Below the pieces are notes generated by a model. It had not been told where the DNA came from. It did not search any database and saw only the letters and a program-made list of their open reading frames with translations. From positions 5,088,001-5,152,000 of the forward strand of contig CBDCJV010000002.1 in NCBI GenBank assembly GCA_965217895.1: a DNA stretch of 64,000 bases. The letters run 5' to 3'. Positions 53,091-62,444 of this stretch are shown piece after piece; position 1 is the first letter of the stretch, and the number at the start of each line of letters is the position of its first letter. The translations under genes and the position numbers were made by a program. Source of the stretch: Waterburya sp. Its GTDB lineage: Bacteria > Cyanobacteriota > Cyanobacteriia > Cyanobacteriales > Xenococcaceae.

Positions 53091-53720
53091 ATGAATAATT
53101 TAGTATCTAAAAGCATAGAATTTTTGAAATCCAAGGAAAATGACAAATCTGAAATTATTTTAAAAGGAGCAGCATCGGAATTTCTAGCCAATGGTTATGC
53201 TGCAACCAGTATGGATCGAGTCGCCATAGTTAGTGGAGTTTCCAAAGCAACTGTTTATAAATATTTTGGTAACAAAAGAAGGCTGTTTGAAGTTTTGATT
53301 GAGAAATTAACTAAGGTAAAATTAGAGGCGGCAAGGAAGTCGATAAATTCTCAATCTCCTCAAGAAAAACCTGAAATTACTCTAAATAATATAGCAACAA
53401 AACTCTTAATTAATATTGGAGATGATTACAACTTTCAAAATTTGATGCGAATTGTTGTGGCAGAGTCAGGACGCTCTCCAGAACTAGCGATCGCTTACGT
53501 CAATAATTTTGCCAAACCAGCGATCGATATTTTGACTGACTATTTTAAGTCTCATCCTCAACTAAACATTCAAGATGAAGCAGCAACAGCGAGAATATTC
53601 ATCGGTACGTTAGTCCATCATGTAATTCTGCAAAATCTACTATATAGCAGTGAAATTGTTCCTTTAAAGCTTAATTGTTTAGTCAATACTTTAACTGACT
53701 TAATTATTTTTTCTAAATAA
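53091..53720 (+). CDS. TetR/AcrR-family transcriptional regulator
   Basis: GYAATSMDRVA..GVSKATVYKYF HTH; RIVVAESGR.PELA; start uncertain. Confidence 0.88.
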   Translation: MNNLVSKSIEFLKSKENDKSEIILKGAASEFLANGYAATSMDRVAIVSGVSKATVYKYFGNKRRLFEVLIEKLTKVKLEAARKSINSQSPQEKPEITLNNIATKLLINIGDDYNFQNLMRIVVAESGRSPELAIAYVNNFAKPAIDILTDYFKSHPQLNIQDEAATARIFIGTLVHHVILQNLLYSSEIVPLKLNCLVNTLTDLIIFSK

Positions 53721-53838
53721 TAATAAAAACTTATTTACATTCTAGACCGAATAATTTAATAAAAGTAAGTAATATAAATGCAATTATTAATTGCATAAGT
53801 AATACGAAGCAATAATTATTAGATATTATTTAATCTAT

Positions 53839-55471
53839 CCCTCTTTTGTCACTTTCCGAAACTTGAATTACAATAGAAAAAATTTTTAGAAGCTGAGAGA
53901 GAGAGAGGGCAATGGATGTAGAATTACAGATTCTCAACAGGCGAGTGGAATAAGCTCCCTAGACGGGAGCATTTCCTCGCCTCAAACATTTAAAGCGATC
54001 GCCAACATCTACGGTTTCCATAATAGATCGTTATTGCGACTCTTATAATGACTTGTTTTCTAATGACTTGTTTTCTGATGTCAGAAATTATGAATGTTTC
54101 AAATATTTACATCAAGGAATTATCTCATCAATCAAAAGAAAATCATTACCAGAGATAGCCAACTCGCGCGTTCCCTAGCGTCTTGAAAAGACGCGGGGTC
54201 GCTCGTCAAAGTAGTAGGAGTATCTTCATCTCAATCATTACATCATTTCGTAGCTAATTCACCTTGGTCAATAACAGAATTAAGAACTAGAAGATTAACT
54301 TTATTAACTTTAACTAAAAATACTTTAAAAGAACGAAAAATCACGTTGGTAATTGACGAAACAGGAGATAGAAAAAAAGGAAAGAAAACCGATTATGTAG
54401 CTAGGCAGTATTTGGGAAGCGTAGGCAAAATAGACAACGGTATAGTATCGGTAAATGCTTATGGTGTTTATGAGAATATAACTTTTCCTCTATTGTTTAA
54501 AATCTTCAAACCTAAAGGAACATTAAAAGAGTCAGATACTTACAAAACAAAGATTGAGTTAGCATCTTCTATCGTGACTGAGCTAATAGAATTCGGATTT
54601 AAAATTGGATTAGTATTAGCCGATAGTTTATATGGCGAAGCTAGTTCATTTATTAGAACATTGGAGAAATATCAACTACCTTGGGTTGTGGCAATTAGAA
54701 GCAATCATGGAGTCTGGCTGTCTCAAGAACAAAAGGTCAGAGCTAACAAATGGTGTAAATTTAAGAGAACTTTTAGCAACCAAAAAGCGGTGCGACCCCG
54801 CGCCGACGTAAGGCGCAAGGGAACGCGCACCAAGACATCTGAAATAAGGTATATCAGAGAAATAATTGATGGTCGAAGAAATCATAGAACTTATTGGGAA
54901 ATAACTACCGACCCTGAAACTATGCCAGAGAATTCCACTTCTTTTGTAATGACTAATATTCAGTTAAGTCGGAACAAAATGAAACAAACTTTAGGTAATC
55001 TATACGGAATGAGAACATGGGTAGAATATGGATTTCGGCAATGCAAACAAGAATTAGGATGGACTGATTATCGATTTACTAGTTTTCAGGAAATTAATAA
55101 GTGGTGGGAAATAATTTTTTCAGCTTACTGGATGGTCAGTTCCCATTCCAAAGTCTTCTGTGACTTAAATCAATCTCAGACTTTATCTACTTCCAAAATT
55201 CCAAGTGAAAAATTCATTCCTAATTTTAATCTTCATCAACAATGGTCAAACGAAGGGGGATGGAAAACGACCTTAAACAATTTACGTCTAATTATTCAAC
55301 CAACAATTGTATTCTGGATGATTATGCCCTGGTTAGATGTTTTTCCCAATCGTTCTTTGCTACTTGGTTTTCATCAACTCATTGCTGTCATGAATCAATT
55401 TTATTTTTCTTTTCCTGATGGATAGATTTTGTTTTTGCTATTTTTAAATCTCGGAAAGTGACATAAGAGGG
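53839..55471 (+). mobile_element. IS701-family insertion sequence (decayed)
   Basis: IRs ccctcttttgtcactttccga / tcggaaagtgacataagaggg; flanks CTAT and CTAA. Confidence 0.9.
53912..55425 (+). pseudogene. IS701-family transposase, disrupted
   Basis: MDVELQIL start, IDETGDRKKG, VARQYLG, LADSLYG, WVEYGFRQCKQELG; stop, frameshift, three hairpin inserts and a 15-nt duplication (54046-54075). Confidence 0.9.
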
Positions 55472-55579
55472 CTAAGATGGAGACTTGAAAAAATTTTTAC
55501 TCGATCGCGAAGGTGGCTTGTATCAATCGAACTTTAATATAAGGTGCGATCGCAATGGTCGTTTTGACTATAAAACCTA

Positions 55580-55930
55580 TTATATTGGTTTTCCTAGCAA
55601 CTGCGTTAATTTACTCTTGTCAATCTCATGTCTCATAGCTTCGTTATTGATGACAAATACTTGAAAATAGGTATCTCGATTGGGCAAAATACTTGGTGGA
55701 TAATGCTCAACTAACATCATCTTATTCGGAAATAGATCGTAAAGATTGCTGACAAAATTAATTATTTCTTGAGTGACATTAGCGATTTTCTTGCCAGGAT
55801 TGTCGGTAATATCTGTGGCAATAACTATGGCTTTTTCCCAAGTAACCCAATAAATGCGTATACGACACTTATTAGGTCGATCGTCGCCCTCTGACTCCCA
55901 AAAGAGAACTGTATCTATATTATCGGTCAC
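55580..55930 (-). CDS. Hypothetical protein (116 aa)
   Basis: GTG-started ORF; CRIRIY..VIATD..NPG..I.N..VEHY pattern; no function recognised. Confidence 0.65.
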   Translation of the reverse strand: MTDNIDTVLFWESEGDDRPNKCRIRIYWVTWEKAIVIATDITDNPGKKIANVTQEIINFVSNLYDLFPNKMMLVEHYPPSILPNRDTYFQVFVINNEAMRHEIDKSKLTQLLGKPI

Positions 55931-56219
55931 GATAACTCAAAATTTTTTAGCTTGTATAGCAGAGATAAACATTTGGTTTAAATAGCCAACTCTTAACTTT
56001 TGCATATTATTTAAAGAATGTCTGACCGTTAGCGGACATAGAAGTAACCCTTGCCAAGAGAATATTTCCAATCTCCTGTTAATCTTTCTTATACTGTTCT
56101 GTACTGTAACAGCAACTATAAATTTAAAATAAGACAAAATTAAGACACTTACATAGCAAAATAATGTTGTAGCATACAAAAAGTATATTATAATTCTAAA
56201 AGTTCCAGTTTAATTAAAA

Positions 56220-56255
56220 TAGACCAAATCATTTTGGACAAAATGATTTGGTCTA
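56220..56255. promoter_or_regulatory. Perfect 17-bp inverted repeat upstream of the Crp gene
   Basis: tagaccaaatcattttg-ga-caaaatgatttggtcta. Confidence 0.6.
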
Positions 56256-56298
56256 GGTTTCCTAGCTAACTCCAATAAAGTTTAGAGATATACACAAA

Positions 56299-57006
56299 TT
56301 GTCCTCACCAAATTTAAGCAAGCCAGTCAATCGGCTATTAGCTGCTCTACCAGCCGAAGACTATCAACGCCTTTCCCCTCATTTAGAGCCAGTAAAGTTG
56401 CTTCAGCATCAAATTCTATTTAATGCTGGAGAAAACTATAAATATGCTTACTTTCCCTCCCACTCAATTGTTTCTACCGTGGTGACTATGGAAAACGGTT
56501 CAACAACAGAGATTGGAGTCATTGGCAATGAAGGCATGGTGGGGTTGCCAATCGTCTTAAATACTAGTTATACAAACTCTACAGCTATAGTTCAGGTGGG
56601 TAACGGTGGCTATCGAATTGCTGCCAAGCGACTACAAGAAGAGTTCAATCGTCAAGGAGCGTTAAATCGTCTGCTGATGCACTACGTTCAAGCTCGCATC
56701 ATCCAGCTTGGTCAAACTGCTGCCTGTAATCGCTATCACCACCTTGAGCAGCGATTTGCTCGTTGGTTGCTCACCCTACGAGACAATCTTCAACAAGATG
56801 AATTCCAGTTAACTCAAGAATTTATCTCCCAAATGCTGGGAATGCGCCGTACTGGTGTAACCGAGGTAGCTAGCAAATTTAAAAAAGCAGGCATTATTAA
56901 CTATAAACGTGGCACGATACGTATTGTCTCTCAAGAAAAGCTAGAAGCTCATACCTGCGAATGTTACTGGCTAATTGCTGAAGAGTTTTCTCGGTTGCTC
57001 GATTGA
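56299..57006 (+). CDS. Crp/Fnr-family transcriptional regulator
   Basis: NRLLAALP, IGNEGMVG, QTAACNR.H, LTQEFISQMLGMRR HTH, CECY. Confidence 0.92.
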   Translation: MSSPNLSKPVNRLLAALPAEDYQRLSPHLEPVKLLQHQILFNAGENYKYAYFPSHSIVSTVVTMENGSTTEIGVIGNEGMVGLPIVLNTSYTNSTAIVQVGNGGYRIAAKRLQEEFNRQGALNRLLMHYVQARIIQLGQTAACNRYHHLEQRFARWLLTLRDNLQQDEFQLTQEFISQMLGMRRTGVTEVASKFKKAGIINYKRGTIRIVSQEKLEAHTCECYWLIAEEFSRLLD

Positions 57007-57046
57007 TCTTGAAAGCTAAAAGCTAAGAGCTAGTAATGTTCTGTAC

Positions 57047-57070
57047 ATCATTACTTAAATCAGCAACGCC
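57047..57070. mobile_element. Solo right end of a GGCGTTGCTGA-family MITE
   Basis: ...aaatcagcaacgcc matches the right IR at 45964-45974; no left IR nearby. Confidence 0.5.
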
Positions 57071-57111
57071 GAAAGAGTTATACTACTGAGTTGTTGTTTT
57101 GTTGCTGAAAA

Positions 57112-59259
57112 ATGTCTATGGTTGACTTGTTGCGATATTGCGCTGGAATAACTTTATGGGCGTGTTTTCTACAAACATCTTCTTTAGCTTCGCAATTGTC
57201 TGAAGTTAAGACAAAAGCGAGTTTTCTGCCTAGCAAATTAAATTTATTAACCACGCAGCCAGATTCAGACATTACAACAAATTCTCCTCGTTATTTAATT
57301 ACTCAAGAACGTCAAGGTGAGCAAAGAAAATTTCAAATACCGACTAATCAGGAGTTTCAACCATCAATTCCCATTGAAGAAATTAAAGTAATCGAGGTAA
57401 TTGCCGATCGCCAAGAATATGACGAACAAAGAAAAGTAATTACGGCGAAAGGTAATGTAGTCATGCGTTTTGCTCAATCTGTCATGACTAGCGATCGCTT
57501 GGAAATAAATTTAAGCGATCGTCTTGCAGTTGCCAAGGGTAATGTCGTCCTTAAACGAGGTCAACAGGTATTGCGGGGAGCAAAGTTTGAATATTATCTA
57601 GTTAGCGATCGCGGTATGATTTTTAATGCCAGAGGCGAAATCTATCAGCCTAGTTTAAATCAAGATACCAACGTTAACCAAAGATTAGCACCAGAACAAA
57701 CAATCTTCGATCGGGCTTTGAGCGATCGCCTGATTAACGCCCAACCCTTAACAGGTGTAACTGCTGGTGAGGGTATTGGGGCTACTATAGGCAGCAGCAG
57801 AGATACAAATTTAGGAACTAGCAATAATTCTATAGGCGGGACAATTAATCGTCTGCGCTTTCAGGCTAATCGCTTAGACTTTGCTGGAACTAACTGGAAA
57901 GCAAGCAATCTGCGTCTGACTAACGATCCTTTTTCTCCGCCTGAACTAGAATTACGCGCCAAAACCGCTACTTTTGAGCAAGCTGCTCCTTTGGTAAATA
58001 AACTGACTACCAAAAAGTCTCGTGTAGTAATTGACGATAGTTTAGCCTTACCACTTTTAGCTAGTACGTATGTCTTTGATGGTCGCCGTGGTCGAGGTGG
58101 TGGATTGTTTAGTCTGGGTTTTGACGGGCAAGACCGAGGCGGTTTATATATTGAGAGAACTTGGCGCATTCTTGACGGGACAAAATATAGCTGGAATATT
58201 ACTCCACAATACTTTTTAGAGCGAGCTTTATTTCCTACTACCTTTAGCTTTAGCAATGCTGAGGATGGAGGCTTTGATTTAGCAACGTTGGGCTTAAGAA
58301 GCGATTTTCAGGCAAATTTGACCCCCCGCAGCAATTTTGAAGCTAATTTTTCCTTAAGCAGCTTTAATTTTAATAATCTAGAAGATAATTTACGAGCCAA
58401 GGTTGGCATACAGCAAACCCTAGGTAATGTAGCTAATCCTTATACATTCGATCTGGCATACAACTATCGCGATCGCCTGTTTAATGGTTCTTTGGGCTTT
58501 CAAACAGTTAGAAGTAGTATTGGTGGGGTGCTGACTTCGCCAAATATTGCGATCGCTAATACTGGCGTTAATCTAAGATATCAGGCTTCAATTCAAAACA
58601 TCAATGCCGATACCGATAGGCAAGACCTCTTTAACGTAGATAGAAACAATAACCGCATCAACCTTACTCGTTATCAGGGAGCGGTGTTTCTCAATAAAAG
58701 CTTTCCTATCTGGTCGGGAACAGCATTGCCAAGTAATCAATACCAAGGATTGCGCTATACTCCCGTGCCTGTAGTTCCCTATTTAGAAATATATACGGGA
58801 ATTTCAGGAGTAGGTAGCTTTTATAGTAATAGTGATACTCAGCTATCTTTAGAAGGAACTATCGGTATTCAAGGGCAAATAGGTCACTTTTCTCGTTCTT
58901 GGCTCGACTATACAGGATTTAAGCTTGGTTACTCGCAAAATCTTCGTGGAGATGAATCGCCTTTTCTCTTTGATCGTTTAGTGGATCGTCAAGTTCTCGA
59001 TCTGGGATTGACTCAACAAATTTATGGACCAATTCGTTTGGGGGTTCAGACATCTATTGATTTAAATAATAATCAGGAAATCAGTACAGATTACCTTGTA
59101 GAATACAGTCGTCGAACTCACAATATTACTCTACGCTACAATCCCGTGTTACAAGTTGGTTCTTTTAGCCTCCGCATCAGCGACTTTAACTGGCAGGGAA
59201 ATCCTCAACCTTTTGATAATGAAGGAATTAGCCCAGTTATTCAGGGAGTTAAACAATAA
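57112..59259 (+). CDS. DUF3769 / LptD(OstA)-like outer membrane protein
   Basis: IEVIADRQEYD OstA-like N-terminus, TNDPFSPPEL, beta-barrel C-terminus SPFLFDR, RISDFNW. Confidence 0.85.
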   Translation: MSMVDLLRYCAGITLWACFLQTSSLASQLSEVKTKASFLPSKLNLLTTQPDSDITTNSPRYLITQERQGEQRKFQIPTNQEFQPSIPIEEIKVIEVIADRQEYDEQRKVITAKGNVVMRFAQSVMTSDRLEINLSDRLAVAKGNVVLKRGQQVLRGAKFEYYLVSDRGMIFNARGEIYQPSLNQDTNVNQRLAPEQTIFDRALSDRLINAQPLTGVTAGEGIGATIGSSRDTNLGTSNNSIGGTINRLRFQANRLDFAGTNWKASNLRLTNDPFSPPELELRAKTATFEQAAPLVNKLTTKKSRVVIDDSLALPLLASTYVFDGRRGRGGGLFSLGFDGQDRGGLYIERTWRILDGTKYSWNITPQYFLERALFPTTFSFSNAEDGGFDLATLGLRSDFQANLTPRSNFEANFSLSSFNFNNLEDNLRAKVGIQQTLGNVANPYTFDLAYNYRDRLFNGSLGFQTVRSSIGGVLTSPNIAIANTGVNLRYQASIQNINADTDRQDLFNVDRNNNRINLTRYQGAVFLNKSFPIWSGTALPSNQYQGLRYTPVPVVPYLEIYTGISGVGSFYSNSDTQLSLEGTIGIQGQIGHFSRSWLDYTGFKLGYSQNLRGDESPFLFDRLVDRQVLDLGLTQQIYGPIRLGVQTSIDLNNNQEISTDYLVEYSRRTHNITLRYNPVLQVGSFSLRISDFNWQGNPQPFDNEGISPVIQGVKQ

Positions 59260-59270
59260 CTAATAACTTA

Positions 59271-59457
59271 AGTAGCAAGTAGCAGATAGCAGATAGCAAT
59301 GCTTTAAAGTAGTAATTAGCAGATAGCAGATAGCAATGCTTTAAAGTAGTAATTAGCAGATAGCAGATAGCAATGCTTTAAAGTAGCAAGTAGCAGATAG
59401 CAGATAGCAGATAGCAATGCTTTAAAGTAGTAATTAGCAATTAGCAGATAGCAATTA
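59271..59457 (+). repeat. Nested tandem repeat: TAGCA(G/A)N heptamers within ~37-nt units (4 copies)
   Basis: Unit tagcagatagcagatagcaatgctttaaagtagtaat repeated with no unique spacers. Confidence 0.9.
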
Positions 59458-59529
59458 AGAAAGTTCAAAATTTGCTACTTAAGTAAAGCTTGTCAATGAT
59501 AAAATTAAGTTACACAACTTAATTTTATC

Positions 59530-59750
59530 ATGAATAATCATAACATTTCGATACAAGATAGAACTAGAAATTTTGCGAATAGAGTAATAAAAGTCTATGT
59601 AGAATTAAACAAGAGAAAATACGATGATGCTGGTAAAGTTTTGTCTAAACAATTTCTTAGAAGTGGCACTAGCATTGGTGCAAACTGCTGTGAGGCTGAG
59701 TTCGCACAATCGAGAGCAGATTTTAGATCTAAACTAACTATTGCCTTAAA
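59530..59750 (+). pseudogene. Four-helix-bundle (IVS/Avd-like) protein, 5' half
   Basis: IQDRT..FA.RVI, LSKQFLRSGTSIGAN..EA..AQSRADF.SKL.IAL; the expected KEA.ET.YWL is replaced by unrelated sequence. Confidence 0.85.
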
Positions 59751-59874
59751 TTATATAACCCTCAATATTAATAATAAACAACAACAACAATGGTTGTATT
59801 TTTTTCTGTTGAGTAAAGTTACAATTACCCAAATTCTATATTCTTTTACGAGTATTATGGTGTATAGTTAATAC

Positions 59875-60969
59875 ATGATGCTCACACTACAGAAAGGAAC
59901 TGACCCACACACAAATAAAACCATCTGGATAATGCTGGATGAAGACTATCAGGTAATCGAACCGATACAGCGTTATTTGACTTCTTTATGCGCTACCAAG
60001 TCGCCTAATACTGTACAAGCCTATGGAACAGATTTAAAGCGATGGTGGGAATTTCTCGACCATAAGTGCTTGGATTGGCGTAATGTAAATATTCATCAGG
60101 ATTTAGAGGACTTTGCTTATTGGTTGAGAGTAGGAGATACAAAGGTGATTTCTCTACAGCCAGTAGAAGCCGATAGATCGGAGAAGACTATTAATAGAGC
60201 GATTACTGCTGTGTCAACTTTCTACGACTATCACCTGTGCAACCAAACAGTTGATTTTAGCGAGTTTGAGAGGTTTCATGCGATCTATAAAACGGGGAAC
60301 ACCAGAGTCGGTACGACAGGTATATTGACTGGTATTGCCAAAGCAAAACCAACCAGGGAAAAGTTAGTCAAACTCAAAGAAACTAAGAAATTCCCAGGCT
60401 GTCTGACCGATGAGCAAATAGAAACATTAGTTGATGCCTGTAGCAATCTTAGGGACAAGCTAATGATTCTGATGTTTAACGGAACTGGCATACGTAAAGG
60501 TGCGCTTTGTGGCTTAAAACACGAAGACGTTGGGGATTTTGGAGATTACTTTATTCGAGTAGTCAGAAGAGAAGACAACCCTAATGGAGCATTAGTTAAG
60601 ACAAAAGAGAGGACAATTCCAGTAACTAAGGAGCTGCTCCAACTATATGACGAGTACTTAATGAATGAGTATCCAGGCGTGGATTCAGAATATGTGTTTG
60701 TCAATATCTGGGAAGGGGATATCGGTGCGCCAATAATGCTGACATTGCCTAACAAAATACTTACAGGCTTGGAAGAAAAAACAGGTATTAGAGTTTATCC
60801 ACATTTATTTAGACATACTTATGCCACTCGTCTTTTGAAAGCGGGATATTCACCAGAGAGAGTCAAATATTTGTTGGGTCACGCTAGTATTGCTACCACT
60901 TTGGATGTCTATTCTCATGTCATCAACGAAACAAATCTATGGGAAGTAATCGAGAGAGAAGAAAAATGA
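59875..60969 (+). CDS. Tyrosine recombinase, Tn554 TnpA-like
   Basis: SPNTVQAY, GIRKGAL (R), PHLFRH, LLGH, LDVYSH. Confidence 0.9.
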   Translation: MMLTLQKGTDPHTNKTIWIMLDEDYQVIEPIQRYLTSLCATKSPNTVQAYGTDLKRWWEFLDHKCLDWRNVNIHQDLEDFAYWLRVGDTKVISLQPVEADRSEKTINRAITAVSTFYDYHLCNQTVDFSEFERFHAIYKTGNTRVGTTGILTGIAKAKPTREKLVKLKETKKFPGCLTDEQIETLVDACSNLRDKLMILMFNGTGIRKGALCGLKHEDVGDFGDYFIRVVRREDNPNGALVKTKERTIPVTKELLQLYDEYLMNEYPGVDSEYVFVNIWEGDIGAPIMLTLPNKILTGLEEKTGIRVYPHLFRHTYATRLLKAGYSPERVKYLLGHASIATTLDVYSHVINETNLWEVIEREEK

Positions 60970-62444
60970 GCTTAAATCAATTTGATTGGCTAGACGATTA
61001 TCAAGATCTATTTGAAGAAAAGCTACCGTCGCAATTATTATTAAATCCTCTGCTACAAAAAAATATATGGCATACAGTTAATGATTTAAACTTGAAGATT
61101 AGTCCGCATCAAAAAGTATGGACTCTTAACTTTCAGAGTATTTCTCAAGATTGGTTTAGACTTCTTGTCAAGCTATACATATTAGTCAAAGCCAAACCAA
61201 ATCAGCCTGGTAATACCATCAAAGGGTTTGTTATTTATTTGAGAGGATTCTCTAAGTTTTTAGACAAAAGAAATATTTACAGTCCCAAACATATAGATAA
61301 TCAAGTATTTGAAGAATTTGACTATTATCTAAAAGCTAAAGGGCTAAAAGATAGCTCTCTGGGACATTATCGAAGTACAATCTGCAATTTTTTCGATACC
61401 TGCCGTACTGAAGGATGGATTGATGTTAATACTTATTGGTTTAGAGGCAAGCGCAACAGAGTTCATGTTAACAACGATGAAGTTGACTACATTCCCGAAG
61501 AAGTTTGGCATCAACTAGAAGAAAATCTACATTACTTGCCAGAACCAGTACAGAGGATGATCCTGGTAATAAAAACAACAGGTATTCGAGGTGGCGAACT
61601 TTTAAATTTACCATTGGACTGTCTGAGGAAAAGAGGTAAGCAATGGAGGCTTCGTCTTACAACAGAGAAATACGACATTAAAGATGAAATACCAATAACT
61701 GTTCCAGAATTAGTTGCAGTAATTAAAGAACAACAAAAATACATAAAACAAATTTTCGGTGATAAATTTGATAATTTATTTTGTAGCAATCATCCTGGTC
61801 ATCATCGCAAAGATGGAACTCTTTCTTTTTCTCCTAACTCTAGTGTGATGAGTACAGGTACTTTTAACTTATGGCTGAATAGATTAGCCGAAAAAATTAA
61901 CATCCTTACTTCAGAAGGTGAAATCTACGAGTTTAAATCTCATCAATTTAGAAGGACAGTGGGTACTGTTATGACCAATGCAGGTGTCAGAGATTTAATT
62001 GCTCAAAAATATCTCAGACATCGTAGTCCAGATATGTTGCCCCATTATCAACATCTTCTTAAGCAAACATTAGGAGATGAATTTGAGGAGTTGATTAAGG
62101 ATAAAAAATATCATGATATATCGGGAAAAGTAGTCGAAATAATTAAAGGTAAAAATCCGATTACTGAATTTATTCGTCGCAAAATGTATCCTTTTACAAC
62201 CCAATACGGGGAATGCCATCGACCAATTTTAAAATCACCCTGTCAAACAGTTAATGCTTGCTGGAGATGCGAATATTGGCGAATAACCGATGGTGATTTG
62301 AATTATCTCAAAGAAGATTTTGCGAGAGTCGAGGAAGAATTAAAGGTAGCCAAAACACTTTCTATGACTAGGCAACAACAAGGATTAGAAGATGACAGGA
62401 ATAACTTAAGTGCGATTATTCAAGGTGTAGAAGAAAACAGATGA
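60966..62444 (+). CDS. Tyrosine recombinase, Tn554 TnpB-like
   Basis: TGIRGGEL, SHQFRRT, YLRH, PHYQH; C-terminal GEC..C..NACWRC Cys cluster and coiled coil. Confidence 0.88.
   Translation: MSLNQFDWLDDYQDLFEEKLPSQLLLNPLLQKNIWHTVNDLNLKISPHQKVWTLNFQSISQDWFRLLVKLYILVKAKPNQPGNTIKGFVIYLRGFSKFLDKRNIYSPKHIDNQVFEEFDYYLKAKGLKDSSLGHYRSTICNFFDTCRTEGWIDVNTYWFRGKRNRVHVNNDEVDYIPEEVWHQLEENLHYLPEPVQRMILVIKTTGIRGGELLNLPLDCLRKRGKQWRLRLTTEKYDIKDEIPITVPELVAVIKEQQKYIKQIFGDKFDNLFCSNHPGHHRKDGTLSFSPNSSVMSTGTFNLWLNRLAEKINILTSEGEIYEFKSHQFRRTVGTVMTNAGVRDLIAQKYLRHRSPDMLPHYQHLLKQTLGDEFEELIKDKKYHDISGKVVEIIKGKNPITEFIRRKMYPFTTQYGECHRPILKSPCQTVNACWRCEYWRITDGDLNYLKEDFARVEEELKVAKTLSMTRQQQGLEDDRNNLSAIIQGVEENR

Noticed and set aside
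53788..53815. Second dif-like site (taattgcataa-gtaata-cgaagcaataa) as partner of 39083-39110
   Set aside because: Spacer differs and the right arm is poor; better explained by the palindrome ATGCAATTA-T-TAATTGCAT at 53778-53796
55937..56179. 80-aa minus-strand ORF
   Set aside because: TTG start, AT-rich promoter-like region, no motif
59271..59457. ~37-nt periodic repeat as a CRISPR array
   Set aside because: Units are contiguous heptamer-built tandem repeats with no unique spacers and no cas genes
59751..59871. C-terminal part of ORF 59530-59871 as real protein
   Set aside because: Read-through into the mobile element end (NNKQQQQ low complexity) after family similarity stops
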